Shown in pieces: positions 44,901-51,230 of a stretch of DNA of 52,017 bases (positions are counted from its first letter, which is position 1; the number at the start of each line of letters is the position of its first letter). Source of the DNA: Candidatus Limnocylindrus sp. ZSMar2m-chloro-G89 (GTDB lineage Bacteria; Chloroflexota; Limnocylindria; Limnocylindrales; Limnocylindraceae); contig QWRJ01000001.1 in the NCBI GenBank assembly GCA_003670475.1, positions 39,817 through 91,833 of the forward strand, read 5' to 3'. The position numbers and the translations under genes are program-made. The notes under the pieces were generated by a model. It worked only from the letters and a program-made list of their open reading frames with translations. It did not search any database and was not told the origin of the DNA.

Positions 44901-45589
44901 GGACGCTCGTCACTAAGGCGGGGGCAGCGATGGGGATTCTCACCGTTGAGGACCTAACAGGGAGCATTGAGGTGGTCGCCTTCCCGAAGACGTGGGAGGC
45001 GACGCGCTCCGCCTGGGTTGAAGGGGAGGCGCTCCTCGTTGCAGGTCGTGCAGAGTTGCGGGGCGAGACCTGGTCGATCATCTGCGAGGCGGTTCTCCCG
45101 TGGGAGGAGGCGCAGCAGCTGACGCCAGAGGGGATTGCGGCACACCTTGCAACGAGCAGCAGTGGGCCGCGACGCTACCCGCCACGTAGTGCCGCGCCAG
45201 CTGGCGCACTGCCACGCGGCCTCGTTCCAGAGGAGCGCGAGGGAGAGGTTGCTCCACCACTCGCCGTTGTCCCGCAAGCTGAGGCTTCGGCTGATCCTGT
45301 CGAAGCGCCGCCCGGTGCTGCGCTGCACATCCGATTCACCGCTGGCCAATCGGTAGAGGAGACGATCCGTGCCATGGAGGTGGTGAAGTCAGAACTCCGC
45401 GCGCGACCTGGTGGGACGAAGGTGGTCGTCTATATCCCGCAGGCGGGAGGGGCACAGCAGTTGCCGATGGAGATCCGCACCGGTGTCGCGTGGGATCCGA
45501 GTTTCCCCGCTGCAATACGTGGTCGTGTCGGCGCCGCAGCGGTTCGCTTCGACCTGCTCACTGAAGGCGAGGCACTTCCAGCCGCATAG
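41942..45589 (+). CDS. dnaE: DNA polymerase III alpha subunit
   Basis: PHP domain FTHLHVHTEFSLLDG, catalytic MPDIDIDFE, FQLES.GM and an OB fold. 1215 aa. Confidence 0.97.
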   Translation: MSKKPDFTHLHVHTEFSLLDGMSKIDALMDETKALGMDSIAITDHGALYGTVQFVQAATKRGIKPIIGVETYVARRGMGDKEGKADQQPFHLVLLATNAVGYRNLCRLVTDAHLDGMYYKPRIDLDHLAKYSEGLIGLSGCLNGEIARALEVDDWEHARALAGRYGDIFGKERFYLEVQDHGLPEQKRLNEQLFKLAPEVGLPLVLTNDLHYVRAQQREAHDVLLCIGTASNLETPGRMRFNSGEFYLKSPAQMASLFPDRPDLLLNTRAISEAVDFKLTLGQPRMPDVEVPKGETVESWLRKEAERGLLRRYGTPSAAARERLEYELGVILKMGYGAYFLIVADFVRFAREQGIATTCRGSAPGSIVTYALGITPVDPLHYDLPFERFLNEDRVTMPDIDIDFEDGRREEVIRYVAQKYGESQVAQIITFGTMAARAAIRDVGRVLGKSYGDVDRLAKAVPDKLGTTLSQARKDADFKALAESSDYAPLVNLAEQLEGVVRNASTHAAGVVISREPLTEIMALQRATNSEGVMTQIEMHGVEALGLLKFDFLGLANLTILRTAVDRIKATYGVAIDLDTIPLDDAKTFALLASGETSGIFQLESAGMRRYIKELRPTSVFDLAAMVALYRPGPMANIPSYIRRKHGTEAVTYLHPLLEPFLKRTYGVFVYQEDIMAAASALGGFSGPKADTLGYAVRKKKEDVLAGLKQEFITSAAERGVARSVIEQVFQAFEPFANYGFNKAHATCYGMIAYQTAYLKANYTVEYMTSVLNAFRNKEDKVASAIAECRRLGIEILPPDVERSQLDFEPEGGAIRFGLLAIKNVGAGAVESIVNARTAGGGFSSLQDLCERIDLRLANKRVFEALAKVGALQKFGHPAQLLLALDDALSAGTSVQRERAAGQVSLFDSSPGLASTVAVKLPSAAEAPTRERLRWERELLGVYLSDHPMNALAPVLAPYVSGFVGDFGEDVPSEERVVLGAIVTNVRTLVTKAGAAMGILTVEDLTGSIEVVAFPKTWEATRSAWVEGEALLVAGRAELRGETWSIICEAVLPWEEAQQLTPEGIAAHLATSSSGPRRYPPRSAAPAGALPRGLVPEEREGEVAPPLAVVPQAEASADPVEAPPGAALHIRFTAGQSVEETIRAMEVVKSELRARPGGTKVVVYIPQAGGAQQLPMEIRTGVAWDPSFPAAIRGRVGAAAVRFDLLTEGEALPAA

Positions 45590-45611
45590 GGCAGACTTTC
45601 GAAAAACGCGG

Positions 45612-45617
45612 CAGAAT
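45612..45617 (+). promoter_or_regulatory. -10-like box CAGAAT 6 nt upstream of the prenyltransferase ATG (candidate leaderless promoter)
   Basis: ggCAGAATatccgcATG. No SD. This is the same hexamer as the mraZ -10. Confidence 0.35.
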
Positions 45618-45623
45618 ATCCGC

Positions 45624-46649
45624 ATGGCACTTCGCACCTACGCCTCAGTCCTCCTTCGGCAGTCCGCCCCAGAAGGCGTTGATTGGCGGACTATGCCGGT
45701 ACTCGCTCGTGCACTTCTGCTCACCCGCGCCTCCGTTCTCCCACTCACCATTGTTGGTGCAGGGCAGGGACTCCTCTACGCCTGGTGGCGCGGCACAATC
45801 AGCGACACCGCCACTGGCGTGAGCGGCCTCCTCCTCGGACTCGCCGCCTTCCTCGGCGCAAACCTTGCCCATGCGGCGAACAACCTTGCGAACGACTGGC
45901 GCGACTACAAGGACGGACTCGATCGGCCTGGCTATCCGCGCGCCGACTACTCGCCACACCCGATCGCCTCTGGTGCAATGTCAAGTCGGACGCTCCTTAC
46001 GGCCATCGCCATCCTTACTGGTCTTGGGGCACTGCTCGGCGGATTCACGATGGTGATGCGTGCCGACCTGATGCTCGGACTCTTCGCAGTTGCTGGCCTG
46101 ATCCTTTCGTGGGGCTACACCGATCCGCCGCTTCGCCTGAAGCGTCGTGGCCTTGGTGAGCTCTCCGTCCTCCTTGTGTGGGGTCCACTCATGGGTGGCG
46201 GGACGTACCTCGCCGCGACAGGAACGATTGACAGTACCGCACTCCTCGCGACACTCCCATGGGGGATGATCGCGACCGCGGTGCTCTTTGGGAAGCATCT
46301 CGACAAGATTGAAGCCGACGGTTCGCGAGGCGTTCGCACCTTTGTTGTTCGGATTGGCGAGCAGCGGGCACGCGCCGGAACGCTGGCACTCCTCAGCGGT
46401 GGCTACATCTGCGTCGCACTCTTTGGTGCACTCGGCATCTTCCCGTGGATTGTTGCGCCACTCGCCGGATTCGGCGCCCTCTCAGCGCGGGCTGCGCTGA
46501 AGATCGTTGCCGCTCCGCGACCTGCTGCGCCGCCACCGGGCTATCCGCTCTGGCCGCTCTGGCATGTTGGCGCCGCATTCCTCGCGGGACGCCCAGCGAT
46601 GGGGGCACTCTTCGTCGGGTTGATTCTCGGGACGCTGCTCGGCATCTAG
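45624..46649 (+). CDS. UbiA-family aromatic prenyltransferase (MenA-like)
   Basis: Polytopic membrane protein with a first Asp-rich motif NDWRDYKDGLD and a second HLDKIEADGSRGVRT. The start is set at ATG 45624; the track start at 45411 lies inside dnaE. Confidence 0.75.
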   Translation: MALRTYASVLLRQSAPEGVDWRTMPVLARALLLTRASVLPLTIVGAGQGLLYAWWRGTISDTATGVSGLLLGLAAFLGANLAHAANNLANDWRDYKDGLDRPGYPRADYSPHPIASGAMSSRTLLTAIAILTGLGALLGGFTMVMRADLMLGLFAVAGLILSWGYTDPPLRLKRRGLGELSVLLVWGPLMGGGTYLAATGTIDSTALLATLPWGMIATAVLFGKHLDKIEADGSRGVRTFVVRIGEQRARAGTLALLSGGYICVALFGALGIFPWIVAPLAGFGALSARAALKIVAAPRPAAPPPGYPLWPLWHVGAAFLAGRPAMGALFVGLILGTLLGI

Positions 46650-46661
46650 CCGAGCGCGACA

Positions 46662-46877
46662 CTACTTCCCCTTCGCCTCAGGTCGCGCAACGCGCGCGGG
46701 CGGGACACTCAGTGCGGTGATCTTTGCAAGCTCAACCTCAATCGCCGCAACGCGGGCCGCAGCTGCACGCCACTCTGCTGAACCCGGAGTTAAGGCGGCG
46801 CGATCGGCGCGCGCTTGGTCATGCTCGCGCATCAGTGTCGCGCGGTCTGGTCGTGGTGTTGTGCTCTCGTTGCTCAA
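46662..46877 (-). CDS. hypothetical small protein (71 aa), uncertain
   Basis: TTG start preceded by AAAAGGGGG with a 5-nt spacer. Ala/Arg-rich helical sequence with no recognisable family. GC3 (~62%) does not discriminate it from non-coding sequence. Confidence 0.35.
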   Translation of the reverse strand: MSNESTTPRPDRATLMREHDQARADRAALTPGSAEWRAAAARVAAIEVELAKITALSVPPARVARPEAKGK

Positions 46878-46890
46878 CTGAACCCCCTTT

Positions 46891-46976
46891 TGGTGCCGAA
46901 GGTGGGAGTCGAACCCACATGACCTTTCGGTCGGCCGATTTTAAGTCGGATGCGTCTGCCGTTCCGCCACTCCGGC
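46891..46976 (-). tRNA. tRNA-Leu (anticodon UAA), CCA encoded
   Basis: The reverse complement is GCCGGAG-TG-GCG-GAACGGCAGA-CGC-A-TCCGA-CTTAAAA-TCGGC, a long variable arm (GACC-GAAA-GGTC), T arm TGGG-TTCGACT-CCCA, then CTTCGGC-A-CCA. There is a U27-C43 mismatch. Confidence 0.9.
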
Positions 46977-47003
46977 CACGCCATCGTAGCCTGAGTCGAG
47001 AGT

Positions 47004-47089
47004 TGGTACCGAAGGTGGGAGTCGAACCCACATGACCTTTCAGTCGACCGATTTTGAGTCGGTTGCGTCTGCCATTCCGCCACTTCGGC
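47004..47089 (-). tRNA. tRNA-Leu (anticodon CAA), CCA encoded
   Basis: The reverse complement is GCCGAAG-TG-GCG-GAATGGCAGA-CGC-A-ACCGA-CTCAAAA-TCGGT, with a long variable arm and the same T arm as its neighbour, then CTTCGGT-A-CCA (G1-U72 wobble). Confidence 0.9.
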
Positions 47090-47097
47090 GCCCCCTG

Positions 47098-47103
47098 ATC
47101 CTA
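47098..47103 (-). promoter_or_regulatory. -10 box TAGGAT upstream of the tRNA-Leu pair
   Basis: The minus strand reads ccgcTAGGATcagggggc followed by the tRNA 5' end, i.e. 8 nt upstream of the mature end. Confidence 0.35.
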
Positions 47104-47125
47104 GCGGTGCGGCATAGTTAGGGGG

Positions 47126-47779
47126 ATGGATGAGGGGTTGACGAAGGGAGCAGGCGAGTCTCAGGAGCGGTTGCGCCTGCTTGCGGCGGCACGTCGCGGC
47201 GACAGTGGGGCCTTCCGCGCCCTCTTCACCCCAGACCTAGACCTCGCCTGGAGGATGGCGCTCCGCATCACTGGCGAACCGGCGGGGGCGGATGATGCGC
47301 TCCAGGAGGGGCTCATCTCAGCGTATCGCGCACTCGACCGTGTTGAGCCGCGCAACCTGCGTGGCTGGTTCGTTCGGATCGTCCAGAACGCCGCCCGCGA
47401 TGCCCTGCGCCGTGAGCGACGACGCCCCACCCTGCCGATTCGTAGCGGTGAAAGATCTGATATCTCGGGTGAACGTGGCGCTGTGGCCGAGCCCCAGGCC
47501 GGCGCGGCGAGCGATCCGGTCCTAGTGGCGGAGCGAGGGGAGCTGGCGGGGGAACTCGCCGCAGCACTTGAGCAGATCCCTGAGGAGCGGCGCACCGCAA
47601 TTCTTCTCTATGACGTGGATGGCTACGACTACGCCGAGATCGCCGAGATCACGGGCTGCTCGGTCGGGACGGTGAAGAGTCGTATCAGCCGTGGGAGGGG
47701 GGAGCTTCGGCACCTCCTCGCTGGCCTCCGTCCGGGAACCAACCCCCAGGACCAGGCGTTGAGGGGGCGAGATGATTAA
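47126..47779 (+). CDS. ECF-type RNA polymerase sigma-70 family factor
   Basis: Region 2 (FRALF...L.WRMALRITGEPAGADDALQEGLISAYRAL) and region 4 HTH (ILLYDVDGYDYAEIAEITGCSVGTVKSRISRGR). Confidence 0.88.
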   Translation: MDEGLTKGAGESQERLRLLAAARRGDSGAFRALFTPDLDLAWRMALRITGEPAGADDALQEGLISAYRALDRVEPRNLRGWFVRIVQNAARDALRRERRRPTLPIRSGERSDISGERGAVAEPQAGAASDPVLVAERGELAGELAAALEQIPEERRTAILLYDVDGYDYAEIAEITGCSVGTVKSRISRGRGELRHLLAGLRPGTNPQDQALRGRDD

Positions 47780-48284
47780 CGACCGCCGTCCCCCTGCAAC
47801 AGAGCACGCCGATGCGTATCGGGCGAGCGAACCGACCCGACAGCGGGATCCGTTCGCCGCTCCCACGCTGCAGGTTGCGCTTGCCAGCGAGACGGAGCGG
47901 CGGGCGAGACATCAGCGTTCAGGTCGCGCTGGGCGGCTTGTCGACCTGCTCATCAACGCGCCACGTGCCGGACTGGCTGGTGCCGCACTCTCTCTCGCCG
48001 TCTTACTCACCACCCTTCCAGCTGGTGGTGCACTCCGCATGGGTGACGGCGGGGAGTCAGCACTCCAGGCGCCGCTGAGCGTTGCGTCAACGCCTGCAGC
48101 GGGAGCGACAACACCGGAGGGATCCACTGAGGCGCCGAGCGCAGATGCGAAGGTGGCCGATTCCCTTGAGGCAGTTGAACCGCTTGAGGCGGCGGGGCCC
48201 CCTTGGCTCACGATCGTTGGCGGCGCCGGCCTTCTCTTCAGCCTCCTACTGATTGAGCGAACTCGCCGCCGTCGCCACGCCTAA
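47772..48284 (+). CDS. membrane protein co-transcribed with the ECF sigma factor (possible anti-sigma factor)
   Basis: 8-nt overlap with the sigma gene. Two TM segments (AGLAGAALSLAVLLTTL; WLTIVGGAGLLFSLLLI) and an Arg-rich C-terminus. No zinc anti-sigma (HxxxCxxC) motif. Confidence 0.55.
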   Translation: MINDRRPPATEHADAYRASEPTRQRDPFAAPTLQVALASETERRARHQRSGRAGRLVDLLINAPRAGLAGAALSLAVLLTTLPAGGALRMGDGGESALQAPLSVASTPAAGATTPEGSTEAPSADAKVADSLEAVEPLEAAGPPWLTIVGGAGLLFSLLLIERTRRRRHA

Positions 48285-48341
48285 CCCGCCGCGCGCCGAA
48301 CTGCGCGCCAGCGCGCCCCCTGCACGACGCTCCTCCTGCGC

Positions 48342-48347
48342 TACGCT
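48342..48347 (+). promoter_or_regulatory. -10-like box TACGCT 6 nt upstream of the polA GTG (candidate leaderless promoter)
   Basis: gcgcTACGCTccgatcGTG. No SD. Confidence 0.35.
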
Positions 48348-48353
48348 CCGATC

Positions 48354-51230
48354 GTGCAACCGAAACGCCTCCTCCTCGTTGATGCGTATGGGCTGATCTA
48401 TCGCGCCTTCCATGCGATTCCGCCCCTGACGAACAGTCGGGGCCAACTCACCAACGCCGCGTTCGGATTTACGAGCATCCTCCTTCGTGCCATTGCAGAC
48501 GCGCACCCAGAGCGGGCGATCGTCGCATTTGATGCGCCAGGTGCCACGCACCGACACGAACGATTCCCTGCATATAAGGCGCAGCGGCCCTCAATGCCAG
48601 ATGAGCTGCGCTCGCAGGTGCCACTCGTGCGTGACCTGGTTGCGGCGCTCGGCCTTCCGCTCCTGGAGGCGCCGGGATATGAGGCGGACGATGTCATCGG
48701 AACGATTGCTGAGCAGGCGCGACGTGAGGGCTGGGAGGTGCTCATCGTCTCTGGCGACCTCGACATGTTGCAGCTCGTTGGTCCGAACGTCTCGCTCCTC
48801 CATACGGCGAAGGGTGGCGCCGATGCGATGGTCACCTATGACCCAGCGAAGATCTTTGAGCGGTACGGCCTCACCCCTGAACAGATCGTTGACTTCAAGT
48901 CGTTGAAGGGGGATAGCTCAGACAATATTCCTGGCGTTCCAGGTGTCGGAGAGAAGACGGCGGCGAAACTGATCGCAGCGTTCGGCTCGCTGACGGCACT
49001 CTATGAGCGACTTGATGAGGTTGAGCCAGTGCGGATTCGCGAACTGCTGCGCGCCAATCGCGACGCCGCCTTTGCCGGCCAGGGGCTGATGACGATTGAT
49101 CGCGACGCTCCGCTGCAACTTCCAGACGATGGTGGCGTGATCGGCCGCTACGATCGCGACCTTGCCCTCGCCCTCTTGCGCGAACTTGAATTCCGCGCAC
49201 TGATCGGCCGCCTCCCACCACTCGAAGGAGAGGATCGTGAAGCGGCGGCGCAGGCGATCGCGACGGCAACGGCGGGTGCGGCGCTGCGCGGCACAAAAGA
49301 GCGCGTGGCGCCAGCAACCGTTGCGCCGCGAGCGACGGGGGGTGACGAGTTGCAGCTCGGCTTCAACTTCAACTCGGTGAGTGAAGGGAATAGCGCGGCG
49401 GGCCGTGCGGCGCCGACCGCAGCAGTAGCCCCTTCATCAACTGGCGAGGCCGAGGTTGCACTCAGCGCGCAGATTGAGGCGCTGAAGCGTGGAGGTCTCC
49501 CCGCTGCAGGCGCACTGCACCTCAACAGCGTGAGCGAGGCAGAGCAACGCTTCAGCACCCTTGCGAGCAGCGGCGCCCTCGCGCTCGGTGGGCACGGCGT
49601 CGATCGGCGTGGTCCGCGCGGGCCGATCGCACTCGCGGTCGCCGATGAACGCGGCGCACTCCTCGTTGCCGAAGACCCGAACGTTGTGCATCGGCTGCTG
49701 ACACTGATTGCAGGTTCTGGCCGAGAGCTCGTTGGACTCGGAATCAAAGATCTCTTCGGTGCGCTGATCGCGATCGGTGCCGATGAGGCGCCACACCTTG
49801 TTGATGATGTGGCGCTCGGCACCTGGATCGGCAACGTGACGTTGCGGAACCCGGGACTCGTTGAGGTTGCCGCATCTCGGCTTGGCGCGGACCTCCCCGA
49901 GGGGCTCACGCCAGTACAGGTGGCAACCCTCAGCGCACTCGTGGCACTCGCTTCGCGTGCCGGAATCAGTGGCGAGCTGCGTACGGCGGGAACTGAGCGG
50001 CTCTATCGGGAGATTGAGCTCCCCCTTGTTGAGGTGCTCGCACGGATGGAGGCGGCGGGTATCGCGGTGGACAGCGCGGCACTTGCGCAACTTGGTGATG
50101 CATTCCGCCTTGAGATTGCGCGCCTTGAGGCGGCGGCGGAGAAGTCGGTCGGTCACGCGGTTGCGCTCGGCTCACCGAAGCAGCTCGGCGAACTCCTCTT
50201 CGGCGAGCTCGGCCTCTCGCGCGGGAAGAAGACGAAGACAGGCGCGTGGTCAACCGATGCGAGCGTCTTGGAGGAGATCCAAGGGGAGCATCCACTTGTT
50301 GGCATCGCGCTTGAGTGGCGCACCGTCTCCAAGTTGCAGAGCACCTACGTTGAGGCGCTCCCGAAGCTGGTTGAGGCGGATGGCCGCATCCACACCACAT
50401 TCCAACAGGCGATCGCTGCAACGGGACGCCTCAGCAGCGTTGAGCCGAACCTTCAAAACATCCCGATCCGCTCAGAACTGGGTCGAAAGATTCGGCACGC
50501 TTTCATCGCGGAGAAGGGGAACAGGCTCGTTGCCGCCGACTACAGCCAGATTGAGCTGCGCATCCTCGCGCATGTGACGCGGGATCCCCACCTGATTGAG
50601 GCGTTTGCAGCGGGGGAAGATATTCATCGCGCCACCGCCTCGCGCGTGCTTGGCAAGCCACAAGAGGAGGTGAACGACGACGAGCGTGCGATGGCGAAGA
50701 TGGTCAACTTCGGTATCGCCTACGGGATGGGCGACTTTGGGCTTGCGACCCGTGCAGGGATCTCTCGCGAAGCAGCGAAGGTATTTATTGCCGGATACTT
50801 TGAGCGCTACCCAGGGATCAAGCACTATATCGACACGATCAAGGAGGAGGCACGCGCGAATGGCGCCGTGACGACACAGCTCGGTCGTCGCCGTCCGATC
50901 CCAGAGCTGCGCGCCGCAAACCCAGCACTTCGTGCAGCAGGGGAGCGTGCTGCAATCAATCATCCGATTCAGGGGACGGCGGCCGACATCATCAAGATCG
51001 CCATGATCCGCCTTACGCCGCGACTTGCCGCGGCCGGCTTGAAATCACGCCTCATCCTCCAGGTGCACGACGAACTCCTCCTCGAAGCGCCAGAGAGCGA
51101 AGTTGCACAACTCATCCCGCTGCTGATCGAGACGATGGAGGGGGCACTCGCACTCGACGTCCCACTCACCGTGGAGGCGAAGACAGGGCTCCGGTGGGAC
51201 GAGATGCAACGTTGGAGCGGGCGTGCCTGA
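48354..51230 (+). CDS. polA: DNA polymerase I
   Basis: 5' nuclease (LLLVDAYGLIYRAF, GYEADDVIGT, SGDLDMLQL, GVPGVGEKTA). Polymerase motifs A DYSQIELRILAH, B RAMAKMVNFGIAYG and C QVHDELLLE. Confidence 0.96.
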   Translation: MQPKRLLLVDAYGLIYRAFHAIPPLTNSRGQLTNAAFGFTSILLRAIADAHPERAIVAFDAPGATHRHERFPAYKAQRPSMPDELRSQVPLVRDLVAALGLPLLEAPGYEADDVIGTIAEQARREGWEVLIVSGDLDMLQLVGPNVSLLHTAKGGADAMVTYDPAKIFERYGLTPEQIVDFKSLKGDSSDNIPGVPGVGEKTAAKLIAAFGSLTALYERLDEVEPVRIRELLRANRDAAFAGQGLMTIDRDAPLQLPDDGGVIGRYDRDLALALLRELEFRALIGRLPPLEGEDREAAAQAIATATAGAALRGTKERVAPATVAPRATGGDELQLGFNFNSVSEGNSAAGRAAPTAAVAPSSTGEAEVALSAQIEALKRGGLPAAGALHLNSVSEAEQRFSTLASSGALALGGHGVDRRGPRGPIALAVADERGALLVAEDPNVVHRLLTLIAGSGRELVGLGIKDLFGALIAIGADEAPHLVDDVALGTWIGNVTLRNPGLVEVAASRLGADLPEGLTPVQVATLSALVALASRAGISGELRTAGTERLYREIELPLVEVLARMEAAGIAVDSAALAQLGDAFRLEIARLEAAAEKSVGHAVALGSPKQLGELLFGELGLSRGKKTKTGAWSTDASVLEEIQGEHPLVGIALEWRTVSKLQSTYVEALPKLVEADGRIHTTFQQAIAATGRLSSVEPNLQNIPIRSELGRKIRHAFIAEKGNRLVAADYSQIELRILAHVTRDPHLIEAFAAGEDIHRATASRVLGKPQEEVNDDERAMAKMVNFGIAYGMGDFGLATRAGISREAAKVFIAGYFERYPGIKHYIDTIKEEARANGAVTTQLGRRRPIPELRAANPALRAAGERAAINHPIQGTAADIIKIAMIRLTPRLAAAGLKSRLILQVHDELLLEAPESEVAQLIPLLIETMEGALALDVPLTVEAKTGLRWDEMQRWSGRA

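Noticed and set aside
46650-47125. Integrated mobile element at the tRNA-Leu genes (or at tRNA-Val, 18082-18158)
   Set aside because: There is no integrase, no direct repeat of a tRNA 3' end and no compositional break. The flanking genes are ordinary housekeeping genes.
48291-48317. Three GCGCGCC repeats after the anti-sigma-like gene, considered as a terminator
   Set aside because: GCGCGC is self-complementary, so many weak alternative pairings exist. There is no single dominant stem and no T tract. It is indistinguishable from GC-rich low-complexity sequence.
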